Below, one piece after another: positions 26,912 through 36,358 of a stretch of 64,000 nt of DNA (position 1 is its first letter; every line of letters begins with the position of its first letter). The DNA lies in the NCBI GenBank assembly GCA_965368975.1, contig CBDUPA010000006.1, forward strand, positions 96,001 through 160,000. Direction: 5' to 3'. The stretch is from an uncultured bacterium. Lineage in GTDB: Bacteria; Acidobacteriota; Thermoanaerobaculia; Multivoradales; JAHZIX01. The position numbers and the translations under genes were made by a program. The notes below the pieces were generated by a model. It saw nothing but the letters and a program-made list of their open reading frames with translations, was not told the DNA's origin and did no database searches.

Positions 26912-27721
26912 ATGTTCGTTGAGGTACGACAAGTGAAGGCGGCGCGACATCTCGCGTATGGGCTAGTCAAGGGAATCGCGCCCGTGGCGCTTTGGCGTTT
27001 GCTGGCCTGGCGCAAGGGCTATCCGGAGCCGGAGATGCGCCTGATGCGCACGCTGGTGCGCTCTGGCACGGCGGTGATCGATGTTGGGGCCTCGGGAGGG
27101 CAGTATGCGCTCCACCTGGCGGCACTGGGTGTCGCGAGCCTGCTCTTCGAGCCGCGCGCAGCAGCAGCAGCCGAGCTGCGCCGACGCTTTCTCGGCGGTG
27201 CTTGGCTGCACCGGTGCGTGGGGTCGGCCCCGTACATCCGCATCGAGCAAGTCGCCCTCTCCGAGCAGCCGGGAACGGCGACCTTGAGGCTGTTGCCCTC
27301 TGACGTCGGGCGAAGCACCTTGGAGGCGGGTAATCCGATCGAGCAGCGCGGGCAGGTCGAGAGCGTCGAGGTGCCGGTGCGCCGCCTGGACGACTACCTC
27401 GACAGCGAACCGTTGTGCTCGCGGCCGGTGAGCTTCATCAAGGTCGATGTCGAAGGCCACGAAGTGAGCGTGCTGCGTGGTGCGCTCGGCTTGTTGCAGC
27501 GGGATCGACCGTCACTGCTGGTCGAGGTGGAAGAGGAGCATCGGAGTGGTTCTCTGGCCGAGGTGCGGGATCTGCTCGCGGGTCTCGGCTACCGGGGGTC
27601 GTTTCTCTGGCAGGGTGAGTCCCTGCCGCTGGATGCCTTCGATTCTGCGATCCACGCGGTGCCGAACACCGGTCGGCGGGATGCCTACGTCAACAATTTC
27701 CTCTTTCAGCAGGTCGACTGA
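26912..27721 (+). CDS. FkbM-family methyltransferase (alternative GTG start 26933)
   Basis: IDVGASGG, FEP, RLDD, FIKVDVEGHE. Confidence 0.92.
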   Translation: MFVEVRQVKAARHLAYGLVKGIAPVALWRLLAWRKGYPEPEMRLMRTLVRSGTAVIDVGASGGQYALHLAALGVASLLFEPRAAAAAELRRRFLGGAWLHRCVGSAPYIRIEQVALSEQPGTATLRLLPSDVGRSTLEAGNPIEQRGQVESVEVPVRRLDDYLDSEPLCSRPVSFIKVDVEGHEVSVLRGALGLLQRDRPSLLVEVEEEHRSGSLAEVRDLLAGLGYRGSFLWQGESLPLDAFDSAIHAVPNTGRRDAYVNNFLFQQVD

Positions 27722-27750
27722 GTTAGTGTGGTGAAATACCGCTGGGTATG

Positions 27751-27784
27751 GTGCCGCTACAGTGGTGCCGCTACAGTGGTGCCG
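27751..27784. repeat. 14-bp tandem duplication spanning the GT2 stop codon
   Basis: GTGCCGCTACAGTG x2 plus GTGCCG. Confidence 0.9.
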
Positions 27785-28853
27785 GAACCTGCCCCGCTCG
27801 GTCGCCCCAGCGATGGGCGAAGCGCACCAGCCCGACCAGGAAGCCACTGCCGTAGCCGAGATGCAGACAGGCGAAGGCCAGGGGTAGGCGCAGTAGGCCC
27901 GAGACGGGCAAGCTGGCGCGGCGCAGGGTCCACAGGGACGCGCCGAGGTTGGCGAGCAGGTAGGCGCCAGCAGCGAAGGCGAAGAGCACGGTGCCGGTCG
28001 TGCCGAGCCAGGCAGGAGCCTGCACGACCAGGGACGACAGCGCCAACATCGCCGTGAGCAACAGGCCACCGACGAAGAGAGGGGGCACGAACTGACGTGG
28101 CTGCATCTGGCGTGGATGCTTTTGCAACACGCGCACCTTCCAGAAGCCGTACTGGAAATACTGACGCCACAGGCGCCGCAGCGTCGAGCGGCTGGTATAG
28201 GTCGAGCGCAGGCGCGGCGACAGCAGCACCTGGCCGCCACGGGAGCGCAGGCGGTAGTTGTACTCGTCGTCCTGATTGCGCACCAGCTCTTCATCGTACA
28301 GGCCCGCGCGCTCCAGCGCTCCGCGGGTGTAGACGGGGAAGGCGACGGTGTCGACCCAGCGAGGTTCGTCGACGCCGACACGGAAGGCCGAGCCGCCGAC
28401 GCCGAAGGGCGAACTCATGGCGGCAGCGATGACACGCGCGGTGTCGGTCTCGGCAACCGTGTCGATCGGGCCGCCGATGCCGTCCGCCGGGGTGCCCTGG
28501 CCGCGACAGCGCTCCAACTCTTCGACGGCGGCACGCAAGTAGCCGCAGGCCAGCTCGCAATGCCCGTCGACGCGCGCGATCAACTCGCCTTGCGCCTGCG
28601 GGATCGCCAGATTGAGGCCGGTGGGGACGATGCGCCCCGGGTTGTCCAGCAACTCGACAGAGATCGCGGGATGCTGGCTTGCGAGAGTGCGGACGCGCTC
28701 GCGCGTGTCGTCGTCACTCTGCCCGTCGATGACTAGCACGTCGAGTTTGTCAGCGGGGTAGTCCTGGGCCAGCACCGAGCCGAGGCTGCGCTCGATGAAG
28801 CGACCCTCGTTGCGGATCGGCATCACGACGGTGATAGAAGGCAGCTCGCTCAC
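27771..28853 (-). CDS. GT2 glycosyltransferase (ExoA-like)
   Basis: VVMPIRNE, IDGQSDD, RVDGH, NQDDEYNYR, C-terminal TM; GTG start with GGAGG overlapping the upstream stop. Confidence 0.93.
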   Translation of the reverse strand: MSELPSITVVMPIRNEGRFIERSLGSVLAQDYPADKLDVLVIDGQSDDDTRERVRTLASQHPAISVELLDNPGRIVPTGLNLAIPQAQGELIARVDGHCELACGYLRAAVEELERCRGQGTPADGIGGPIDTVAETDTARVIAAAMSSPFGVGGSAFRVGVDEPRWVDTVAFPVYTRGALERAGLYDEELVRNQDDEYNYRLRSRGGQVLLSPRLRSTYTSRSTLRRLWRQYFQYGFWKVRVLQKHPRQMQPRQFVPPLFVGGLLLTAMLALSSLVVQAPAWLGTTGTVLFAFAAGAYLLANLGASLWTLRRASLPVSGLLRLPLAFACLHLGYGSGFLVGLVRFAHRWGDRAGQVPAPL

Positions 28854-30229
28854 GCCTCCTCTCCTGGAGGAGGATAGGGGATGTAGTCGCGCAGCTTGGC
28901 GCTGGCGATCGCAGGCATGTGGTCGAAGAAGCGCAGGTCGAGGGGCAGGTCCGGACCCAGGGCCCGGTGCGTCTCCCGTTCGATGAAGCGGCGGTGTTTG
29001 TCCTCGAAAGCCTCCGAAACCGTGAGCCACAACTCCAGCCGCTTGTCGGCAGTCTCGACGAAGACGCAGCGCCGTACCGAGCCGAGCGGATGAAAGGTGC
29101 GCGTCAGGTTGTTGATCGCGTTGGGGTTGATCCGGCGTCCGTTGGGCAGCAGATGGGGCTCGCTGACCCTGCCGGTGATGGCCTCGAGAAGCGGATGCGC
29201 CAGGCCACAGGCACAGCTGCGCCGGCTCAGTCGCGCCTTGTCGTTGATCACGTAGCGGATCAGCGGCATGGTGCGCAGCATCAGGTCGGTAACCAGGATC
29301 TCCCCCGCTGGATCGCCGGTTTCAGGATCCGTGGCGTCGGGCTCGCGCAGCTCGACGGCGGTGGCTTCCAGCGTCAGGTGCAAGCTACCGGCCGGGCATT
29401 CCCAGGCATTGAGGCCGCCCTCAGCGCTGCCGTAGAGATTGCAGCAGGGCACGCCCGTCACTTCCGTGATCACCTCGCGCTGGTGCGGGAAGAAGGGCTC
29501 GCTACTGATGAACATGGCTTTGAGTGGCAACTCGCGCAGATCGTACCCATGCTCGCGGCACAGCATGCAGAACTCATAGACCGCCGACGCATAGCCCATC
29601 AGGAACACCGGCTTGCGACGTCGCAGGCGCTGCACGTGACGCTCCAACATGTCGGGTCCGAGTTCGAAGGCGGAGACTCGACTGCGATTCATCACCCAAT
29701 CCTTGAGCCGAACCTTCCACTTCGCCAGCCGGTGCCAGGGAGAGCCGAACAGGTAACCGTAGGGTTCGCCCAACTGGACGCCGTAGGCTTCCATCGCCCG
29801 GAACATCAGCGCATGACGGTAGGCCCAGGCGCGCTGATCGCACGGAAAGAGCAACGGCTCGCCGGAAGTGCCTGACGTCTTGTCGAGATAGCTCGGCAGT
29901 GGCCCGACACCCTGGGCGCTGACTCGCTCGGGTGTGGCCTGCACGGTGCTGCGTTCGAGTGGCGGAATCTCGCGCACCAGCTCCCGTAGTTGGTCGGGAT
30001 CACGGACCTCTCGCAGACGTTCGCGCACCGGCGCCAGGACTTCCTGGAAGTGCGGGACGTAGCGGGCCGCGAACAAGAGCTGCTCGCGCCGCCGGCGCAT
30101 CTGCAGCTCGTACAGCTGGTCCGCGGAGAAACGCTCGGTGCGTCGCACGTCCGTCAGAGCTTCGCCGACCGGTTCGCGGCGCAGCAACTGCAAGCCCAGA
30201 TAGAGGCGGTAGGCAACGCGCGGGTTCAT
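28850..30229 (-). CDS. Phenylacetate-CoA ligase-like / CapK-type adenylate-forming enzyme
   Basis: TSGTSGEP, GYAS, YGSAEGG, MPLIRY, ITGR, terminal AKLR. Confidence 0.88.
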   Translation of the reverse strand: MNPRVAYRLYLGLQLLRREPVGEALTDVRRTERFSADQLYELQMRRRREQLLFAARYVPHFQEVLAPVRERLREVRDPDQLRELVREIPPLERSTVQATPERVSAQGVGPLPSYLDKTSGTSGEPLLFPCDQRAWAYRHALMFRAMEAYGVQLGEPYGYLFGSPWHRLAKWKVRLKDWVMNRSRVSAFELGPDMLERHVQRLRRRKPVFLMGYASAVYEFCMLCREHGYDLRELPLKAMFISSEPFFPHQREVITEVTGVPCCNLYGSAEGGLNAWECPAGSLHLTLEATAVELREPDATDPETGDPAGEILVTDLMLRTMPLIRYVINDKARLSRRSCACGLAHPLLEAITGRVSEPHLLPNGRRINPNAINNLTRTFHPLGSVRRCVFVETADKRLELWLTVSEAFEDKHRRFIERETHRALGPDLPLDLRFFDHMPAIASAKLRDYIPYPPPGEEA

Positions 30230-31320
30230 TCGCGCCGTTCCTGCCCTGGCTGCACGCCGAGTCCGTCGAAGGTAGCTTGCCAGGTGCTCTGGACGCCGGG
30301 CCAGGCACAGCGCTCGGCGACGTCGCGGCCGGCCCGAGACAGCTGCTGCGCCAGCTCGGGTTCACGCACCAAGCGCAGTACCGCCGAGGCCATGGCTTCG
30401 ACATCGCCGTCCGGTACCAGTAGAGCGCTGTGGTCGTTCTGCAGCAGATAAGGGATGCCTGCGACCTCCGTGGCGACCACGGGTAGGCCGACCGCGGCCG
30501 CTTCGAGTACGCTGACCGGGGTGTTGTCGGTGTGATTGGTGTTCAGAAACACGTCGTGGACTGACATCTCTGCCTTCTTGCCGGCGAGGTCGAGGAAGCC
30601 AGGAAAACGTACCACGCCTCCCAATCCAAGCTGTGCCGCGAGTTCCCGGGTGGCGTCGAGTTCGCCCTTGTCTTGGCCAGCCATGGTCAGCAAGGTTCCA
30701 GGTTCTTCTTGGCGCACGCGCTCGAGCACTCGTACGGCCATGGCCGGATTGTAAAGTGGGTGAAAGGTGCGCATCCACATCAAGCGTGGCGGCCGCATAG
30801 AGCCGGGGGAGCGGTAGGGATAGTCCTCGAGTGGAAAGACGTTGGGGATGACCCCCACTTCGTAGCCCCAGCGACGGAACTTCTCGGCTAGATAGCCGGA
30901 CGGCGAGACGACAGCGTCAGCGCGGTCGAGCACGCGGCGCACCCAGCGTGGATGGCGGGCGGCGAACTCGGGCAGCAAACCACCGTGCAACGCCAGCACT
31001 TGTGGGATCCCCAGGCGTCGCAGCAGCCAGCTGGCGGCATCGGCGACGGCGAAGGCGCGCTGACTGAACACCAGGACGATGGCCACGTCGAGCTGACGGC
31101 GCCAGCGCAGCAGGCTGACCAGGATGTCGAGCACTCGCAGAAAAGGATTGATGCGGCTAGAAGTCAACTTTACCTGGTAGCCAGCTTCCCGGAAGCGCGC
31201 CGCCAGCACTTCACCTTGACTCACCACCCAACCCGGGTGCTGGCCGAGCATCGGCCCCACGAGTCCGATGGTCGGCAAGTTGGAGTTGCCTGCCGTCTGG
31301 CTGGAAGCTGTTTCCTTCAT
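30226..31320 (-). CDS. GT4 glycosyltransferase
   Basis: DNTPVSVLEAAAVGLPVVAT..GIP. Confidence 0.92.
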   Translation of the reverse strand: MKETASSQTAGNSNLPTIGLVGPMLGQHPGWVVSQGEVLAARFREAGYQVKLTSSRINPFLRVLDILVSLLRWRRQLDVAIVLVFSQRAFAVADAASWLLRRLGIPQVLALHGGLLPEFAARHPRWVRRVLDRADAVVSPSGYLAEKFRRWGYEVGVIPNVFPLEDYPYRSPGSMRPPRLMWMRTFHPLYNPAMAVRVLERVRQEEPGTLLTMAGQDKGELDATRELAAQLGLGGVVRFPGFLDLAGKKAEMSVHDVFLNTNHTDNTPVSVLEAAAVGLPVVATEVAGIPYLLQNDHSALLVPDGDVEAMASAVLRLVREPELAQQLSRAGRDVAERCAWPGVQSTWQATFDGLGVQPGQERRE

Positions 31321-32591
31321 GCCCCACTTGCCCTCGGTTGTTTCCCGGCGGGCACAAGCCGCTGTCGCAGCCAGCGCGCGAGCTGCAGAGCGTGGCGTGG
31401 CCGGATGCGTCCGAGCAGTGGCAGTACCCGACCCAGGTTGCCCCGCCGGAGATGATGCAGCAGAACCTTGAAGGTCAATCCCGTGTTGCGCCGTGCATAC
31501 TGCTGGTGGAACTTCTCAGCTAGCGTCGGCTCACCTGGACTCGGGGCCTGCAGTTCCTGGCTGAGCCGTTGGAGCCGAGTCAAGATCAGCTCACCTGCCG
31601 TATCCACTGCCCATTCGACCCGTCCATCGATCTCGTGCATCAGGGTTGGCAAGATCGCCAGCTGGCTGACACCGTGGCGGTCTAGATCGAAGCCGAAAAT
31701 GGCACCTTCGCGCTGCTCACGCACGGCGACGTCGGGCTGTACGTGGCCATCTTGCCAATCGAAGAGCAGGTTGCCGAGGTTGTGGCAAACGACGCAGGTG
31801 CGCTCCGGTGTTGCTGCCGGCAGGACTTCGATGCCCTGCAGTACGTGAGCATGGTGCAGCAGCACCAGGTCGGCTCCGGCCGCGGCCAGTCGGTGGGTCA
31901 GCCGCCGGTGATCAGGGTGGGGATAATCGACATACATGTACCCCAAGTGCAGGGACACCACCAGCACGTCGACCTCGGCCCGTACCGCGGCGGCGGCGGT
32001 ACAGATCCGATCACCGTTGAGTTCCTCGAAGCACGGTCCAGACTCAGTCTGCTTCTGCAAGGTGCGCGCTGCCCCCAGCCATCCGATGCGAAGGCCCTTG
32101 GCGTCCGTCCGTACCAAGCGTTCAGCGTCCTGCAGAGTATCTGCGGCTCCCAGCACGTCGAGGCCGGCGCAACGGACGGCTTGTAGAGACGAGGTGAGGC
32201 CGTCCGGTCCGTGATCGTAGATGTGGTTGTTGGCCAGATTGAGCAGGGTGAAACCGTGATGGGCCAGCGTCTCGGCGAAGTCGGTCTCACCCGTGTGGAA
32301 GGCACCGCTCGGAACGACCGGCAGCAACGGAGTCTCGAGATTCCCGAAGACCACGTCGCCGCTACGGAGTACGGGCGTCAGTTGCGAGAGCAGTGCTTCC
32401 CGGCCGAGCTGGTCAGCAGTTGTGCGCAGGCGTCCGGAAAAGCCGATATCACCAGCGGCCAAGAGTCGTACGGTGGCACCGTCCGCTTGCCGCAGCTCAC
32501 CTTGCAGCATCGGGAGCCCGGCCGGGGCGCCACTGGACCAGGCGCGCGCCGGAAGACGCTGGAACGATGGGAACTCGTGGACGTGACTCAT
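31317..32591 (-). CDS. CapA-family metallophosphoesterase
   Basis: AAGD, GNLETP, LANNHIYDHG, VSLHLG, HHAHVLQ, NLGN; start MSHVHEF overlaps the upstream stop. Confidence 0.88.
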   Translation of the reverse strand: MSHVHEFPSFQRLPARAWSSGAPAGLPMLQGELRQADGATVRLLAAGDIGFSGRLRTTADQLGREALLSQLTPVLRSGDVVFGNLETPLLPVVPSGAFHTGETDFAETLAHHGFTLLNLANNHIYDHGPDGLTSSLQAVRCAGLDVLGAADTLQDAERLVRTDAKGLRIGWLGAARTLQKQTESGPCFEELNGDRICTAAAAVRAEVDVLVVSLHLGYMYVDYPHPDHRRLTHRLAAAGADLVLLHHAHVLQGIEVLPAATPERTCVVCHNLGNLLFDWQDGHVQPDVAVREQREGAIFGFDLDRHGVSQLAILPTLMHEIDGRVEWAVDTAGELILTRLQRLSQELQAPSPGEPTLAEKFHQQYARRNTGLTFKVLLHHLRRGNLGRVLPLLGRIRPRHALQLARWLRQRLVPAGKQPRASGA

Positions 32592-34081
32592 CTTGCTGGG
32601 TTCCAGGGCTTCGGCGCGCCCCACCTCTGGGCAGCAGCCGAGCGTACATGCATGGGGATGCCCGCGGGAAGGATCCATGCCGCCCCGATCGCGAATACGA
32701 CGCTGGGTGCGGCCAGGCGCATAGCTGCGTGCACCAGGAAGAGCAATGCCCAGGTCGTAAATGTCAGGGACAAGGCGATGCTGAGCAGCGAAGCTCTCCG
32801 TCGCCGTAGCCGTTTCCACACCATTCCAGCGAGCAGCAGTAAGGCAATCAGGCCGAAGATGCCATGCTCGGCCAAGAGCCGGCTGTACTCTGTATGCGTT
32901 GCCTTCATGCCGAAAGTGCGAGCATGGTAGATCTTGGCTTGTCCGGGGCCGACCCCGAACACCGGGTTCTCGACGAAGGCCATGAGGTCGGCCTCGATCA
33001 GCTTCTCGCGGCCGGTCAGCGACGGATCAGAAAAGCGCCTGCCGAGGGCACCATCGGTGAAGGCATTGAGCGCGGGATATAGCAGGTAGATGCCGACCAG
33101 GCCGACCAGGGCCCCGCGCAACAGCACGGCGCCTCGGCTTTGGCGGTCTCGCATCAACAGGACGATGCCGACGGTCAGAGCGCCGAAGGTAGTCGCCAGG
33201 CCGCCCCGGGAGAAGGTCAAGGCGCTCTGTGCCGCTAGCCAAAGACCGCAGGCGGCGATCAGAAAGCGTAGCAACTTCTCACGCCGATCCAGGAAGAGGT
33301 AGATCAGGGCCATCAGTGCCGCGAGACTGAGCGTCGAGGACACCTGGTTGGGACCGATACCGCCCGATGCGACTCGATTCGATGCGCCGCCGAAGTCGAG
33401 GCCTTCGGTCGTCAAGGTCAGGCTGGTAGCGACCGCGACCATGCTCAGTGCCGGCCCGATGATCGCCAGGCACAGCAGCTTGAACTGCCGCAGATCCAGC
33501 TGCTGAGTGCTGAACAGGGCTGTCAGCACGGCGAGCGCCAGAGGCCCGCTCAGGTTGAACGAAATCTGGCCGCGGTCGAGGTGAGGCAGGACGGCGATCG
33601 CGGGTAGCAGCAAGGCGAAGTACACGAGGGGCATCTTCTCGGCACGGGGTAGCAGCCGGTAGCGCAGTAGCGCCAGCATGCCGAGCAGCGTCGCCGCGTA
33701 CTTGCCGTACTCCCAGAAGATCGAGGCTCCGGCACCGCGCCACAGGACCTCGGCGCCGCTGATGTAGGCGATGACCAAGAGAACGCGCAGAGGCTGGCGC
33801 GAGGTGATGACCCAGAATAAGCCGAGTGCCAGCGTGGCCAGCGCGTGGCCCGTGGCCAACAGCGACGAAGCCTTGAGGGCTGGGCCGAGCAGCAGATGTC
33901 CGGCCAGGTAGAGAGTCACCCAAACCGTCGGTAGGGAATCACTGCGGACGAAAGCCGCCGAGGCCGGATGCGTCCAGCCCTGGAATCCCGGGGCGTGCGC
34001 GAAGGACGCTGGAAAGCCCGGTGTCCGTGTCTGCCACTGTGGGTGGGGTCGTTGCCACCTCGGGTCAGCAAAGTTCGTCAT
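32588..34081 (-). CDS. O-antigen ligase/Wzy-family polytopic membrane protein (polymerase candidate)
   Basis: About 11-12 TM segments; PNQ, TFSRGG, LTGR, PVFGVGPG, THTEY. Confidence 0.85.
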   Translation of the reverse strand: MTNFADPRWQRPHPQWQTRTPGFPASFAHAPGFQGWTHPASAAFVRSDSLPTVWVTLYLAGHLLLGPALKASSLLATGHALATLALGLFWVITSRQPLRVLLVIAYISGAEVLWRGAGASIFWEYGKYAATLLGMLALLRYRLLPRAEKMPLVYFALLLPAIAVLPHLDRGQISFNLSGPLALAVLTALFSTQQLDLRQFKLLCLAIIGPALSMVAVATSLTLTTEGLDFGGASNRVASGGIGPNQVSSTLSLAALMALIYLFLDRREKLLRFLIAACGLWLAAQSALTFSRGGLATTFGALTVGIVLLMRDRQSRGAVLLRGALVGLVGIYLLYPALNAFTDGALGRRFSDPSLTGREKLIEADLMAFVENPVFGVGPGQAKIYHARTFGMKATHTEYSRLLAEHGIFGLIALLLLAGMVWKRLRRRRASLLSIALSLTFTTWALLFLVHAAMRLAAPSVVFAIGAAWILPAGIPMHVRSAAAQRWGAPKPWNPAR

Positions 34082-35153
34082 TGTCACTGTCTCCGAGGCC
34101 CCAAGCCGGTTCGGCGGCAGCCACGCGTGCCATGAGCTGCGGCTGCGCACTGAGCCAGCAGAAGCGTGAGCGAGTGCGCACCAGGAACCCTAGCGGCCAT
34201 AGCTGCTTGGCCAGAACTGGTCCAGCGAGGACTGTGATCTGTGCCAGGCCTTGGGCGGCAGCATCACGGGTGGCCAGGCGCACGACATCCCGCAAGTCGG
34301 CGGATTGGGCCGGGTCTCCGAACAGCTCCAGAATGCGCAACATGCCGGGACCGTCGGCTTGGGGGACCACTCGAGCGATCAAGGCCCAGGTCGGCTGCGC
34401 TCGTGGACCTGCGACATAACACCGCAGCTGCTGCGGCCAGGGCAGCTGACCATAGCGCCAATCGAAGTGGTGTGCGTCGCGTCTCGTGTGCACGCTGGAG
34501 GGCAATGGGTAGCGTTCCGCGATGTGACTCAACAGCTGCGGATCCAGCGCTTCCAGGAGCCGTGCACTGCGGGGCTGGTAGCAGCGCAGCCAGCGCCGCC
34601 AGAGCAGCGCCAGCGGACTGAGCAAGAAGGCGCCGCCTCGCAGAATCCGACCTCGGACGCCGCGGGTTCGTTGCAGTGGGCGCAACTGCCCCGGCCGCAA
34701 GGGCAGCAGTAGAGTCGCTAGATCCTCGCGCACGCCCCATCCGTGCTTGCGATGAATCGCCGCGGCCAGCGCATTCGGCACCCCCAGCAAGAGCTGAGCC
34801 CGTTCCCGCACCTCGCGGTCGAAGTAGCGCTGAAGTCCGAGTCCACGATACTCGCGAGCGATCACCAGATCTACCCACCACACCGCTTCTACTTCCTCGC
34901 CAGCAACTGCGCATGTGATCGGGATCAGTGCGCAATAGCCGGCGATCTCGTGGTTGACTGTCAGCACCAGACGGTTGTCGGATCCATGGTGCCACCACTC
35001 GCCGTGCAGGCGTAAGAAGTGGGCCTTCGCCGGGCTGAAATTACGACGCAGGAACGCGTCAAGCTGCTCCGCGTCGATCGTACTGGCGGTTTGCAGCCGA
35101 GGGGGCGACAACGAAGTGGCCGCAGTGGTGGCGGAGTCGGGGCCGGTACTCAC
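34065..35153 (-). CDS. GNAT-family acyltransferase
   Basis: VDLVIAREYRGLGL acetyl-CoA binding motif, GVPN, WRY. Confidence 0.8.
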   Translation of the reverse strand: MSTGPDSATTAATSLSPPRLQTASTIDAEQLDAFLRRNFSPAKAHFLRLHGEWWHHGSDNRLVLTVNHEIAGYCALIPITCAVAGEEVEAVWWVDLVIAREYRGLGLQRYFDREVRERAQLLLGVPNALAAAIHRKHGWGVREDLATLLLPLRPGQLRPLQRTRGVRGRILRGGAFLLSPLALLWRRWLRCYQPRSARLLEALDPQLLSHIAERYPLPSSVHTRRDAHHFDWRYGQLPWPQQLRCYVAGPRAQPTWALIARVVPQADGPGMLRILELFGDPAQSADLRDVVRLATRDAAAQGLAQITVLAGPVLAKQLWPLGFLVRTRSRFCWLSAQPQLMARVAAAEPAWGLGDSDNDELC

Positions 35154-36358
35154 CGGTCGACTCTACCACCGCCCGAGGTGTCCACCGTGATGCCGCGCGC
35201 CCGCAAAGCTCCGCGGTACAGGCGTTCCAAGTGTGCGGCTGCGTGGCTGCAAGCATGTCTCTTCTGCACTCGCAGGCGGCCTGCCTGGCCGAGGCGACGA
35301 GCTCGGGTGGGGTCGAGAAGAAGGCCTTCGATCGCCTGCGCCAGGGCGTCAGCGTCGCCGGCTGGAACCAGGAGGCCCGCGTCTCCATCGCCGAGTAGTT
35401 CCGGAATACCGCCGACGCTCGTCGCCACGACCGGTGTGCCGGCGGCCATCGCCTCCAGAATGGCATTGGGTTGTCCTTCACTGTGGGAAGTCAGCGCCAT
35501 CACGTCGAACCGCGCCAGCAGTGACGTCACATCGCTGCGGAAGCCGGCGAGCAACACCTTGCCGTGCAGGCCCAGGCCGTCGATCTCGGCTTGTAGTTCG
35601 GCTGGTAGATCCGGTTCACTAGGCAGCGGTTGACCGACGATGACACCGCGGGCGTCCGGGTGGTGGCGGATCACCTCGGCCATCGCCTGGACGAAAAGTT
35701 GTTGGTTCTTGACCCGCCGCAGGTTGCCGAGGATGCCGACCACCGGCGCTTGCGTATCAATGCCCAGACCACTCAGGTCGGCAGGCTGCACGTCGGCAGG
35801 TGGTAGCTCGACGCCGTTGGGGAGTACGGCGATACGGCTGCCGCCGAGGCTGGCATCGAGCAGCTGGTCACGTAGCGCTTCCGAGTTCACCAGGAGGCGT
35901 TGCACGCCACGCAAGCAGAGAAAGCGGTAGAGTGCCGGCAGACTCCGGATGGCCTCCGAATGCAGCGAGCCGCGCAACGAGCCCCAGCGCAGCGGCACGC
36001 CAGCCAACCGTCCCGCAACCGCGGCGTAGGCGTTGTCGTGCACACTCCAGGAGTGGAGTACGTGTGGTCTGAGCCGGCGGCACAGTCGGCGTAGATACGC
36101 TAGGCGCTTACGGATGCCGCGGATCTCGGGTGGAAGCTCGATCACGTCGACGCTGGCTGCGCGCAGGGCCTCGTTGAGCACTGGATAGGGCGTCGGGTTG
36201 AACACCACCACGGTGGCTCGGCAGCGTGCTGGGTCGAGGTGCTTGAGTAGCAGATAGAGCTGCCGCTCGCTACCACCGTGTCCCAGCTCGCCGGTCAGGT
36301 ACAGCAGGCGCAGCTGGCTGGTCTCAGTGGGTGCCTGGTCCGCCATCCGCCTCGTCAT
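35150..36358 (-). CDS. GT4 glycosyltransferase
   Basis: GGSERQL, KNQ, SEGQPNAILEAMAAGTPVVAT. Confidence 0.94.
   Translation of the reverse strand: MTRRMADQAPTETSQLRLLYLTGELGHGGSERQLYLLLKHLDPARCRATVVVFNPTPYPVLNEALRAASVDVIELPPEIRGIRKRLAYLRRLCRRLRPHVLHSWSVHDNAYAAVAGRLAGVPLRWGSLRGSLHSEAIRSLPALYRFLCLRGVQRLLVNSEALRDQLLDASLGGSRIAVLPNGVELPPADVQPADLSGLGIDTQAPVVGILGNLRRVKNQQLFVQAMAEVIRHHPDARGVIVGQPLPSEPDLPAELQAEIDGLGLHGKVLLAGFRSDVTSLLARFDVMALTSHSEGQPNAILEAMAAGTPVVATSVGGIPELLGDGDAGLLVPAGDADALAQAIEGLLLDPTRARRLGQAGRLRVQKRHACSHAAAHLERLYRGALRARGITVDTSGGGRVDR

Noticed and set aside
31317-32591. Poly-gamma-glutamate capsule suggested by CapA
   Set aside because: No CapB/CapC synthetase genes in the window.
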